DNA of 54,154 nucleotides from Nitrososphaerota archaeon (GTDB lineage: Archaea; Thermoproteota; Nitrososphaeria; Nitrososphaerales; Nitrosopumilaceae): contig VHBM01000001.1 of the NCBI GenBank assembly GCA_016871975.1, forward strand, positions 1 through 54,154, written 5' to 3'. Under the pieces are notes generated by a model. That model was given only the letters and a program-made list of their open reading frames with translations, did no database searches and was not told the origin of the DNA. The stretch's first letter is position 1. Every line of letters starts with the position of its first letter. Positions 35,389 through 44,430 of the stretch are shown one piece after another. The position numbers were made by a program, and so were the translations under genes.

Positions 35389-36066
35389 TTGTCATTTGAT
35401 GATGCCATTGAGGCATTGTCAATAGATGCATTAAAGTTCGTAAAAGATGGTCAAATCATTGGTTTAGGTAGCGGTAGAGCTGCAACTGCATTTGTAAAAT
35501 CACTATCAACATTCTTGAAGAAGAAAAAAATCAACGTTAGATGTATTCCAACATCATTACAAATTAAGCTTACAGCAGAACAAGGAGGAATAAGGCTAAT
35601 TGAGGCTGATCAAGTTAACACAATTGATATTGTATTTGATGGTGCTGATCAAATCGATTCAGAAAAAAATATGATCAAAGGTGGAGGAGGTGCGTTACTT
35701 CGTGAGAATATTCTGATAAGTGCTGCAAAAAAAGTTGTAATCATGGCAGACAAATCAAAATTTGTAAAAAAACTTGATAGAATGGTGCCCGTTGAAGTAC
35801 ATCCTATGGCAAGAAATACAATCATAAATTCAATTAAAAAGATAGGCGGAAAACCAACTATTCGAACAATTGAGCGCGGGTATCCATTTGTAACGGAGAA
35901 TGGAAATATAATTTTAGACTGTGATTTTGGAATTATTTCAAAACCACAACAACTTGCACAGAAAATAAAACAATTGCCGGGAGTTCTTGAAGTTGGCATA
36001 TTTTCACGTAAGCCAGACGTGATTTACAAAGCAAATACTAGTGGAAAATTCGAAATTATAATATGA
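35389..36066 (+). CDS. rpiA: Ribose-5-phosphate isomerase A
   Basis: IGLGSGRAA, FDGADQID and KGGGGALLRE motifs. TTG start. Confidence 0.92.
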   Translation: MSFDDAIEALSIDALKFVKDGQIIGLGSGRAATAFVKSLSTFLKKKKINVRCIPTSLQIKLTAEQGGIRLIEADQVNTIDIVFDGADQIDSEKNMIKGGGGALLRENILISAAKKVVIMADKSKFVKKLDRMVPVEVHPMARNTIINSIKKIGGKPTIRTIERGYPFVTENGNIILDCDFGIISKPQQLAQKIKQLPGVLEVGIFSRKPDVIYKANTSGKFEIII

Positions 36067-36098
36067 TTTTTAACTTCTAGAATACTAATAATCTAAAA

Positions 36099-37499
36099 TC
36101 AGCTAAAAGATGTTACAGGTCTTTTTATTAATTTGCCAAAACCAGTTTTACCAACAATCTGCGAGTTTTCAGCAATAATTTTACCACGAAGGATTGTTTT
36201 CACTGGCCAGCCAGTGAGTTTCCATCCGTCATATACAACATAGTCAGAAAATCCTCCAAACAAATCATTGCTTACCTTCATTTCCTTTTTCAAATCTAGC
36301 ATGGTAATGTCTGCATCTGAATCTTTTTTTATGGCGCCTTTTTTTGGATACATTCCGAAAATTTTTGCTGCATTTGTACTAGTAAGCTGAACTAGTTTTT
36401 GAAGTGTTGTTCTTTTCTTGTTTATCCCTTCACTGAGCAATATAGGTAAAAGTGTTCCAATTCCAGGAAATCCAGCAAGTGCATCCCATACACTGCCTCC
36501 TTTTAGTTTTAGATTTAGTTGATTTGCGACATGATCTGTTCCGATTGTATCAATTTGGTTTGCATCAACTGCATTCCAAACAAATGAAACGTCTTCTCTT
36601 GTTCTTATAGGTGGCATTACTTTTGCAAGATATCCTTTTTGATTTTCATATGAAAGTGTAAGATAATGAGGACATGTCTCAACAAAGATCTTTGTTCCGA
36701 CATTTCTCTCTTTTTGGATTTGTTTTAGTGCACTACTTGAACCAATATGTGCAAAATACAATGTACAATCATATTTTCTTGCAAAGTTTGATACAGTTTG
36801 TATTGCCTTTATCTCAGAATCTTGAGGGCGGCTCTCAGACCACGCTGCAAGTCCATCCTTTTTTTGTTCTTTTGCTGTTTTTATCCCACATGAACATGTT
36901 TCATAGTCTTCAGCGTGAACTAAAACAGGGCAGCCAAGTGATGCTGCTGTCCTTACAACATTTTCAACGATTTCTAAATTTACCTCAACTTTCGCTTCAT
37001 GTAAGGATGTTGTATTTGGTGCCATATCCATATACACATGCCCTACATCTGCACCAAGATTCATGTAGAGCTTGAATGATGAAATCCCGTTTTCTACACA
37101 AAACTTCATTTCCTCAATTTGTTGTTTGTTAAAGATTGATGCGTGGATAGTATAATCTACAAAATGAGTTTTTGTGCTTGCCTCAAGTTGAGATCCTAAT
37201 GATCTTTTATACGAGTCACCTAGTCTAAGCATTCTCATTATAGTTGTCACGCCACCCAGTGCAGCAACACGTGATTCAGTAATAGCTGCCTTGTCTATTG
37301 GAGAATAAACCCCATAGTGTACATGTGTGTCTATTACTCCAGGAATCGAAACGAGTCCATGCCCATTGATTTTTTCATCACATGAGGGTTCATCTGTTGT
37401 AAGGCCTACAATTTTACCATCATCAATTATGATGTTTTTATCAATCAAGCCTTGGTCTGTCACAACGTGAGAATTTGTTATTATCGCATCATAGGTCAT
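36099..37499 (-). CDS. Cyclic amidohydrolase (dihydroorotase / dihydropyrimidinase / allantoinase family)
   Basis: Metal-binding DTHVHY, carboxylated-Lys region SSFKLYM, and VLVHAED, AHIGS and GTDH motifs. 466 aa. Confidence 0.8.
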   Translation of the reverse strand: MTYDAIITNSHVVTDQGLIDKNIIIDDGKIVGLTTDEPSCDEKINGHGLVSIPGVIDTHVHYGVYSPIDKAAITESRVAALGGVTTIMRMLRLGDSYKRSLGSQLEASTKTHFVDYTIHASIFNKQQIEEMKFCVENGISSFKLYMNLGADVGHVYMDMAPNTTSLHEAKVEVNLEIVENVVRTAASLGCPVLVHAEDYETCSCGIKTAKEQKKDGLAAWSESRPQDSEIKAIQTVSNFARKYDCTLYFAHIGSSSALKQIQKERNVGTKIFVETCPHYLTLSYENQKGYLAKVMPPIRTREDVSFVWNAVDANQIDTIGTDHVANQLNLKLKGGSVWDALAGFPGIGTLLPILLSEGINKKRTTLQKLVQLTSTNAAKIFGMYPKKGAIKKDSDADITMLDLKKEMKVSNDLFGGFSDYVVYDGWKLTGWPVKTILRGKIIAENSQIVGKTGFGKLIKRPVTSFS

Positions 37500-37575
37500 C
37501 TAGTTTTGTGCAATGATTTCTATCTATTATGCGTTTGAGTAAATGAATAAAAACAGATTCTTAGTGGTAAGTCAG

Positions 37576-37647
37576 GGGCCGGTGGTTTAGTGGTATAATG
37601 CCGCGTTCGCAACGCGGAAGTCGTGGGTTCAATTCCCACCCGGTCCA
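37576..37647 (+). tRNA. tRNA-Ala (anticodon CGC)
   Basis: 72-nt cloverleaf. Acceptor GGGCCGG/CCGGTCC with G3:U70, anticodon stem CCGCG/CGCGG with loop TTCGCAA, T arm GTGGG-TTCAATT-CCCAC. Confidence 0.88.
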
Positions 37648-37691
37648 TTTTAACCAGAAACTATTATAGATAATTCAAAACATTGTGAAAC

Positions 37692-38054
37692 ATGAAGATT
37701 TTCAACGGCAAAAAAGCTGCAGAAGACTATATGTCAACTCATACACTTGCTTTTTCAACTCCAGAATTAACGTTGATGAGATATTCTTTTTGGCTTGGAG
37801 ATATTGTTCCTGATCCAAACAACAGAGAGCAAAAAGTTCCAAGGATAATGACTTTTGTTGAAGAAAAAGATTTTGAGCCTGTTCAAGTAATAGATGATGA
37901 AAAATATGTTCCAACTGGCGCAGTTCGATCTACTGGAATGTATGGGAATCCAGTTACCGAAACAGGTAGTAATGTAAAATATTGCTCAGAGTGTGGAGTT
38001 AAAAATTCAAAAACCGCCAGATTCTGCACAGAATGTGGTACGACTCTAGATTAA
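37692..38054 (+). CDS. Hypothetical protein with C-terminal zinc ribbon
   Basis: Ends in YCSECGVKNSKTARFCTECGTTLD (C-x2-CG-x7-9-[KR]FC-x2-CGT). The N-terminal domain is unassigned. Confidence 0.6.
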   Translation: MKIFNGKKAAEDYMSTHTLAFSTPELTLMRYSFWLGDIVPDPNNREQKVPRIMTFVEEKDFEPVQVIDDEKYVPTGAVRSTGMYGNPVTETGSNVKYCSECGVKNSKTARFCTECGTTLD

Positions 38055-38061
38055 GGCATAG

Positions 38062-38598
38062 TTAATTTTGAGTCTTTGTTCCGCACGTTGTGCAAAACTT
38101 TGCGTTTGGTCTAAGCTCATTTCCACAAGATGTGCATTTTGATCTAGTAGATGATTGAGTTACCAAGTTAGGATCTGGTGATGGCAGTGTACCAATATCG
38201 CCAAAAGTCTGTTTTGCCGATACAACAGATGGCGGTACACCCACTGGATTTTCTTTTGTTCCAGAACGAGGAACTTGCATTCCTCCCATCATTCCAGGTG
38301 TACCTCCTACTCCCGGCATCAAAGTAGGAGAATGAGTTAGTCCAAGTGCCGAGCCGCCTGCTATTTTAGCAAGCGCCTTTTTTATTTCAAAGATTACTTT
38401 TATTGAAAGAAACTCTAATGCAGAGTAAGCAACTACATAATCACCTAGTTTTTCAAAAAATTCCTTTTCACTCAGTTTGCCATCCTTGTAGAGCTTAGTA
38501 GTATCAAGAAATGATTCATAATAGCCTTGAGATTCATTAAAAAGTGCTTCAAGTTTATCGGCTAGAAGATTTAGTGTATCTACTTCACCAAGCGACAT
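38062..38598 (-). CDS. Hypothetical helical protein with G/P/M-rich linker and C-terminal zinc ribbon
   Basis: Ends in CTSCGNELRPNAKFCTTCGTKTQN. The N-terminus is a helical domain and the linker reads GGTPGMMGGMQVP. Confidence 0.6.
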   Translation of the reverse strand: MSLGEVDTLNLLADKLEALFNESQGYYESFLDTTKLYKDGKLSEKEFFEKLGDYVVAYSALEFLSIKVIFEIKKALAKIAGGSALGLTHSPTLMPGVGGTPGMMGGMQVPRSGTKENPVGVPPSVVSAKQTFGDIGTLPSPDPNLVTQSSTRSKCTSCGNELRPNAKFCTTCGTKTQN

Positions 38599-38652
38599 AG
38601 TATGAACCTTGGTTTTCAGTTATTAATTACTTTAGATCGAAAATGAAAAAAT

Positions 38653-38985
38653 CTAGATTTTTTCTAGTGCTCTTTCAATCATCTTTTTGTATGAATCTTT
38701 GGATGCGGCGCCGACTTGTTGTGCAATTATTTGTCCTTTGCTGAATATTGCTAAGGTTGGAATGCTAAACACGTTGTATTTTGATGCTAGCTCATTGGCC
38801 TCGTCAACATTAACTTTAACAAAGTTTACCTTACCTTCGAATTCTTTTGCAAGTTCCTCTACGACGGGGCTAACCATTCTACAAGGTCCACACCATTCAG
38901 CCCAAAAGTCAACAAAGACTGGACGTGGCGAGCTCATAACAGTAGTTTCCCAGCTTTTTGCATCAGATATTTTTGCAATTTCCAT
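38653..38985 (-). CDS. trxA: Thioredoxin
   Basis: FWAEWCGPCR active site and IPTLAIF cis-Pro region. ATG at 38985 is preferred over the longer track ORF (to 39030). Confidence 0.9.
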   Translation of the reverse strand: MEIAKISDAKSWETTVMSSPRPVFVDFWAEWCGPCRMVSPVVEELAKEFEGKVNFVKVNVDEANELASKYNVFSIPTLAIFSKGQIIAQQVGAASKDSYKKMIERALEKI

Positions 38986-39135
38986 TATAACCAATGGGAC
39001 TTGCTGTAACGTACCTAAATATGTTAGCAAGGAAAATTCACAAACTAAAGCCCAGTAGATTTCTAATGCTTGAAATTATTGTCAGCAAAAAATTTGTGAA
39101 TATATATTTAAATTCGAATTTTAATAGATGCAGAT

Positions 39136-39951
39136 ATGAGCACAGAATCTCGACTTAAGAAGCTAAGAGGTTCTGGTGGCTACATAATGGCAAATATTAC
39201 TGATGAACAACAGCGAAAAGGAAATCTGGGTGGGCCAGATCTGTTTTTGGCACCAATTGGGCGAATTGATTCATCAAAAATTACAAAACACTACTGCAAT
39301 TCATGTGAAAAAGATTACGAGGGAGGGCCTCAGATAAAATATGAAACTCCAAATGAAGAAGTAGCTGAAAATTTAATTCTAGTTGAGAAAGGAAAGTATC
39401 TGTGCAATACTTGCGGTTCCACGATAGCTGAATATCGAGAATTTAGAAAACCTGATCAAGCTGGTGAGATAGGTAAAGCAAAGCCTATTTCAGAAGAAAG
39501 TTTTTCAAAACCATCACCTCCTCAAACAAATACATCTGTTAAAACCGAAACTGTTTCATCTAGTGTAAAAGCGGAAACTATTCAACCAACTAAATCTCAA
39601 AGTAGAATCATACAACCACGACCAGATATCCAAGTAGATTCTTCAAAAAGTTCCAATTTTAGCACAATTATTGGCATGGATGTATATGATGAGAACTTGA
39701 AAAAAATTGGAACTGTAAGGGAAATGGGTGTTGATTCAACACAATCTGTAATTGTTGTTGTAGCAAGGTATGATGGAACCGAAGAAAGTATAAGCTGGAG
39801 TCGGATTAAAAAAATTGGCGAAATCATTCTGCTAGGTTCAAAAAATGAAAGTTTCATAGAACAACAATCAAGGGGTTTAAAGTGCCCCAGTTGTGGCCTT
39901 GCAAATAGAGAAGGCTCGAAATTTTGTGAAAATTGTGGAACTAGAATTTAG
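39136..39951 (+). CDS. PRC-barrel domain protein with N-terminal Cys4 knuckles and C-terminal zinc ribbon
   Basis: CNSC...CNTC near the N-terminus, a PRC-barrel-like IIGMDVYDENLKKIGTVREMGVD...IILLG, and a terminal CPSCGLANREGSKFCENCGTRI. Confidence 0.65.
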   Translation: MSTESRLKKLRGSGGYIMANITDEQQRKGNLGGPDLFLAPIGRIDSSKITKHYCNSCEKDYEGGPQIKYETPNEEVAENLILVEKGKYLCNTCGSTIAEYREFRKPDQAGEIGKAKPISEESFSKPSPPQTNTSVKTETVSSSVKAETIQPTKSQSRIIQPRPDIQVDSSKSSNFSTIIGMDVYDENLKKIGTVREMGVDSTQSVIVVVARYDGTEESISWSRIKKIGEIILLGSKNESFIEQQSRGLKCPSCGLANREGSKFCENCGTRI

Positions 39952-39996
39952 AAAATATCAAGATTTATCTTAGCAAATAAATGGACATGACATAAT

Positions 39997-40683
39997 TTGG
40001 TTGGTAAAAAAATAACAAAAGGAATAGCAAAAGATATTGTAATAGTTGTAATAGGTGTTTTGATAATATGGCTTGGATTAAGAGTGGTTTTTGGGACAGA
40101 AAATCCATTTTATGTTGTCTCAAGTGGTAGTATGGTTCCTGAGCTACAGGTTTTTGATGTGTTAGTGGTGCAAGGAAATGAACCATTTGAAAGTGTACAA
40201 AAAGGAGACATCATAGTTTTTCATAGGCCAGCAGGACATGATAGGGTAATAGTTCACAGAGTGGCAGAAATTATTGATGATGATCCAAAAACAATACGAA
40301 CAAAAGGCGATGCAAATCCTTCTTCAATTCCAGGTACTGATTTTCCAATAACAGATGACGAATACATTGGTAAAGTAGCATATGTCATACCACAAATTGG
40401 CTATATTACAAGAATTTTGATGCCGCCAGTCAATTATATCATAATTGCAGTAATTGTTGGAATTATGATTTTCAAACAAATTTCAAAAAATAAAAAAGCA
40501 AAGGAAATATCACTTGCATCCAAAGACGATATTCCAAATGAGGTATTTCAAAATAGTACCTCTGATGCAAGTTTAACAAATCTTCCCAAAGATAATGAAT
40601 ATACGGAGTTTGAAAAAGTTCAGAGTTCAGATACGGTTAATCAAGCGGGAAAATCTGATTCAAAAGAAAAAACGGATAATTAA
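39997..40683 (+). CDS. Signal peptidase I, archaeal/eukaryal type (S26B, Sec11-like)
   Basis: N-terminal TM, catalytic Ser box VVSSGSMVPEL, His box IIVFHRP....VIVHRV, KGDAN box, and a C-terminal TM. Confidence 0.85.
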   Translation: MVGKKITKGIAKDIVIVVIGVLIIWLGLRVVFGTENPFYVVSSGSMVPELQVFDVLVVQGNEPFESVQKGDIIVFHRPAGHDRVIVHRVAEIIDDDPKTIRTKGDANPSSIPGTDFPITDDEYIGKVAYVIPQIGYITRILMPPVNYIIIAVIVGIMIFKQISKNKKAKEISLASKDDIPNEVFQNSTSDASLTNLPKDNEYTEFEKVQSSDTVNQAGKSDSKEKTDN

Positions 40684-42197
40684 CTTTCTTTGTTATTGAT
40701 TTTAAATACTCGTTTAAAGTATTCAGAATTTTCTTGTGGTTCTTCAAAGTCATCTTTTACATTAGCTAGATGTTTTGCCAAGTTTTTCTTGTAACCAAGC
40801 TGCATTTGGCGCGCAATTTGAATTCGCTGTGCCTGAGGCGATCCTGCACCATGCATTGACTCTGTAAGATATCCAACTGCATTTCTACCTAATGTCATGT
40901 TTTCGATTAATCTTAGTATGCGCATCCTGTTTTCAACGTCAACACCTTTTCTTCCTGCCAAATATTTTCTAAGTAATGGTCCTGTCTCAGGATTTCTAAA
41001 GTCCTTTTCTGAAGGCATTGTCACAACCAGCCCTCCTGCAATGTCTTGAGCTAGTCTACCAATTTCATATGGAAATCTTGTAACGTTGTGTTTGCATACC
41101 TGTGCTAGCATATCGTCATTTAGCCACACACCAGATTTGAGCTTGTGAGCCTGATATGACGATGCAACCCCTGCAGCATAAATTGATTCATTGAGATGTG
41201 TCATCTCGACAAGTTTATCCTTGATGTGTGAAACATTTGGGATACCATTATAGTCTGCAATTGTAGCTGCTGCACCAATTAATACATCACCAAGTCCTGT
41301 CTTGCAAACATAACTTCTTCTGTGATAACAAGTAAATCTTTCAACAAGCATTGAAGCAAACTCATATTCACCATACATGAATACTTTTTCCCAAGGGATG
41401 AAAACGCGATCAAGTATTATCATTGCCTCTTGTCCTGCAAATTGTGAGTTTCCGGCATCAAGATCTCCTCCTTCCATACTTCGTGTGTCGCAAGACTGTC
41501 GTCCATAGATGTAAGTTATGCCCTCTGCATCTGCAGGTACCGCTCCAACAATTGCATAGTCTTTGTCGTTTTCTGTTAGTCTCATAGTTGGCATGATGAT
41601 AATCCAATGTGAATTGATACATCCTGTTTGGTGGGCTTTTGCACCTGTTACGTAAACTCCTTTGTCATTTTTTTCCACTACACGAACAAACATGTCAGGA
41701 TCTGCTTGTTCTGCAGGGCCTTTGCTTCTATCTCCTTTTGGATCTGTCATGGCGCCACCTATTACAAGATTCTCGGTTTGAACCATTTTGATAAAATCTA
41801 TTAGTCGTTTATGGTATTTTGTGCCAAATTTTTCATCAATTTCATATGTTGTGGAATGGAGTGAGTTTATTGCGTCCATCCCTACACATCGTTGAAAGCA
41901 GGTTCCTGTATTTTGTCCCATTTTTCTCTGCATTTTATTTTGTAGTACTAGATCTTGTGCGCTTTCTACAATGTGTAAAAATCGGTTTACTCTCATTCCG
42001 GTTATTGATGAATGTGCGGTTGCTAGTTCTTCTTCTCTTCCTGCCAAATCATATGTTTCAGCTACGGCGTTAATTGATGGACGAATCATTGGATGATCAA
42101 CAGGCTCTTTGACTAATTCACCAAAAAGATACACTTTGAGTTTTCTGCCTCGCAAACTCTGGATATACTCTTGGCCAGTTCTAATTGGCATATGCAT
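40680..42197 (-). CDS. abfD: 4-Hydroxybutyryl-CoA dehydratase (4-hydroxyphenylacetate 3-hydroxylase superfamily)
   Basis: About 505 aa. N-terminal PIRTGQEYIQSLRGR and Cys/His cluster-ligand regions (CFQRC..., HQTGC). It neighbours the ADP-forming synthetase as in Nitrosopumilus (recalled as Nmar_0207/0206). Confidence 0.88.
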   Translation of the reverse strand: MHMPIRTGQEYIQSLRGRKLKVYLFGELVKEPVDHPMIRPSINAVAETYDLAGREEELATAHSSITGMRVNRFLHIVESAQDLVLQNKMQRKMGQNTGTCFQRCVGMDAINSLHSTTYEIDEKFGTKYHKRLIDFIKMVQTENLVIGGAMTDPKGDRSKGPAEQADPDMFVRVVEKNDKGVYVTGAKAHQTGCINSHWIIIMPTMRLTENDKDYAIVGAVPADAEGITYIYGRQSCDTRSMEGGDLDAGNSQFAGQEAMIILDRVFIPWEKVFMYGEYEFASMLVERFTCYHRRSYVCKTGLGDVLIGAAATIADYNGIPNVSHIKDKLVEMTHLNESIYAAGVASSYQAHKLKSGVWLNDDMLAQVCKHNVTRFPYEIGRLAQDIAGGLVVTMPSEKDFRNPETGPLLRKYLAGRKGVDVENRMRILRLIENMTLGRNAVGYLTESMHGAGSPQAQRIQIARQMQLGYKKNLAKHLANVKDDFEEPQENSEYFKRVFKINNKES

Positions 42198-42253
42198 AAA
42201 GTGCCCTGAAGTGTTATAAATATTCTAAACTGTTTCTGGTCATGCGTGTTTTG

Positions 42254-44350
42254 TTAAAGACCTATTCTAACGTCAAGAATCTTGCAACCTTTTCCTTTTT
42301 CCATGACCAATACCGGATTCATATCCAGTTCTTTGATTTCTCTAAAATCTGTTACAAGTTGTGACAACCGTTGGATGCATTCAGATAATTTTGCAAGATC
42401 TGATGGTTTTTCTCCTCTTACTCCTTCAAGAAGTTTTTTTGTTTTAATTGATGCGATCATGTCATCTGCTTCTTTGTCAGTTACTGGTGCAAGTCTGAAT
42501 GTAACATCTTTTAAGACCTCTACATAGATGCCACCCATCCCAAGCATCAAGACAGATCCAAATCCCGGTTCTTGTTTTGAACCAATGATCATTTCCTTTC
42601 CGCCTTTTACCATTTCAACAACTAGGACGCCTTTGATTACTGCGTTTTTGTTGTATTTCTTTGCATTTTTTATGATCTCTTTAAATGCTGAACGCACGTC
42701 TTTGTCATTTTGTATGTTTACCTTTACGCCACCAGCATCCGATTTGTGAATGATTTGTGGCGATGCAATCTTTAAAACAACCGGATAACCAATCTTTTTT
42801 GCAATTTTTACTGCATCCTGTTCTGTTTTTGCAAGCATACTTTTTGGAAGTGGTAATCCATACGCACGTAGTATTTCTTGTCCTTCCTCTTCAAGCAAGT
42901 TTTGCCTACCCTCTTGTTTTGCATTATCAAAGATTTTTTTTGCCTTGTTTGTGTCTACTTTGAATGTAACAGTATTGCCTTCTGGACTTTTAATCCACTC
43001 AACAAACCTAAGCATTGCCTTGAGGGTTTGAATCGATGCTTCTGCATAGGTATAATACGGTATTCCTCCTTCTGCCATGATTTGTCTGTTTTTTATGCCT
43101 TCATCTAGTCCCATTAGACTTGCAAGAATGGTTTTTTTGTATTTTTTTGACATGTTAACAACTACTTCTGCAAGTTTGTTGTAGTCAAGAGTTGCAGATG
43201 GTGTACACATTGCAATAACAGAACCAACATTTTTGTGTGATAAAACATTCTCAAGTACATTGTTGAATCGATTATAATCTGCATCGCCAACGATGTCCAC
43301 GGGATTTCGTGAGCTGCCCCATGGTGGAATTACCGCATCAATTTTTGGTCTAATGTCATCAATTTTTGCCATTTTTATTCCGAGTTTTGAACATGCATCA
43401 GTTGAAATAATAGCTGGTCCACCAGCATTAGATACAATAACAAGATCACCCTCTAGTGGAAGTGGTTGCTTTGAGAATGCGGTAGCATAGTCAAATAATT
43501 CTCCCATTGTATCTACTCTGATTGCTCCAGATTGTTTTAGTAATGCGTCATAGATTTCGTCAGAACCCATCAATGCTCCTGTATGAGACATTGCGGCTTT
43601 TGCTCCCTCAGGACTTCTTCCAGATTTTAAAACCAATACAGGTTTTCTTAGATTTTTAGTAATGTTTTTACAAATCTTTAAAAATTTTTGACCGTCACCC
43701 ATGTCTTCTAGATACATCACAATCACCTTTGTCTGTTCATGGTTTGCAAGCATCTCTAGTACATCAATTTCATTCATGTCAGCTTTGTTTCCCATACTTA
43801 CAACTGCTGAAAATCCAATCCCCTGTGCACTTGCATCCTCAACAAGTGCAGCGCAGATCGCTCCACTTTGTGAGACCAGTGCTATTTCTCCTGATTTTGG
43901 TGTAACTTTTAGGAATGTAGAATTCATCATTGTTTGTGGAGCAAGGTTCATCACGCCAAGGCAGTTTGGACCAATTACCTTGATGTTGTACTTTTTTGCA
44001 ATCTCCTTTAGTTGTTGTTCTAGTTTTGCTCCTTCTTCGTCAACCTCCTTGAATCCAGCGGTAATTACAATTGCTCCTTTGATTCCCTTTTTACCACATT
44101 CCTCTAAAACTGTTGAAACGATAGTATTTTTTGTAATAATTACCGCCAAATCAATTTGTTCAGAAACATCTAGGACAGTCTTGTATGCTTTTTTATCAAA
44201 AACTGTGTCCCTTGTTGGACTGATTGGATAAATGGTTCCCTTGTATCCCTTCATGATGTTTGAGGTAATTGCTCGTCCTACACTTCCTTCCTTATCTGAT
44301 GCACCAATTATTGCAATTGAGGTAGGTGAAAGAAAAACTGATTCTGCCAA
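42254..44350 (-). CDS. ADP-forming acyl-CoA synthetase, fused alpha/beta (NDP-forming ACD family); likely 4-hydroxybutyrate-CoA ligase (ADP-forming)
   Basis: CoA-binding SIAIIGASDKEGSVG, the phospho-His loop region MSHTGALMGSD, and a C-terminal ATP-grasp domain (YPVVLKI.SPQIIHKSDAGGV). TTG start. Substrate is inferred from synteny with the dehydratase. Confidence 0.85.
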   Translation of the reverse strand: MAESVFLSPTSIAIIGASDKEGSVGRAITSNIMKGYKGTIYPISPTRDTVFDKKAYKTVLDVSEQIDLAVIITKNTIVSTVLEECGKKGIKGAIVITAGFKEVDEEGAKLEQQLKEIAKKYNIKVIGPNCLGVMNLAPQTMMNSTFLKVTPKSGEIALVSQSGAICAALVEDASAQGIGFSAVVSMGNKADMNEIDVLEMLANHEQTKVIVMYLEDMGDGQKFLKICKNITKNLRKPVLVLKSGRSPEGAKAAMSHTGALMGSDEIYDALLKQSGAIRVDTMGELFDYATAFSKQPLPLEGDLVIVSNAGGPAIISTDACSKLGIKMAKIDDIRPKIDAVIPPWGSSRNPVDIVGDADYNRFNNVLENVLSHKNVGSVIAMCTPSATLDYNKLAEVVVNMSKKYKKTILASLMGLDEGIKNRQIMAEGGIPYYTYAEASIQTLKAMLRFVEWIKSPEGNTVTFKVDTNKAKKIFDNAKQEGRQNLLEEEGQEILRAYGLPLPKSMLAKTEQDAVKIAKKIGYPVVLKIASPQIIHKSDAGGVKVNIQNDKDVRSAFKEIIKNAKKYNKNAVIKGVLVVEMVKGGKEMIIGSKQEPGFGSVLMLGMGGIYVEVLKDVTFRLAPVTDKEADDMIASIKTKKLLEGVRGEKPSDLAKLSECIQRLSQLVTDFREIKELDMNPVLVMEKGKGCKILDVRIGL

Positions 44351-44362
44351 TTTGTTAACCTT

Positions 44363-44414
44363 GGATCAAATTAGTTTCCATAATAAAGCTATTCATATTT
44401 TCTAGGATCAAATT
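44363..44414. promoter_or_regulatory. Two direct copies of GGATCAAATT, 42 bp apart, in the promoter region of the acyl-CoA synthetase
   Basis: Copies at 44363-44372 and 44405-44414. A TATA-like CTTTATTATGG (minus-strand sense) lies between them. The first copy sits 13-22 nt upstream of the TTG start. Confidence 0.4.
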
Positions 44415-44430
44415 TATCATAGCCTAATAC

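Noticed and set aside
36099-37499. Cyclic amidohydrolase as part of the ureohydrolase/Ni system (a hydantoin or ureide pathway)
   Set aside because: It lies about 8.5 kb away and is separated by unrelated genes and a tRNA. It is most simply a pyrimidine-pathway dihydroorotase-type enzyme.
43701-44231. Long antisense ORFs inside strongly supported genes (for example 43701..44231 +, 49099..49473 +, 30044..30499 +, 12672..13076 -, 35649..35999 -, 15554..15904 +)
   Set aside because: Each lies wholly within a CDS whose opposite-strand product carries clear family motifs. Their translations are low-complexity S/F/I/P-rich strings typical of the antisense of AT-rich coding DNA.
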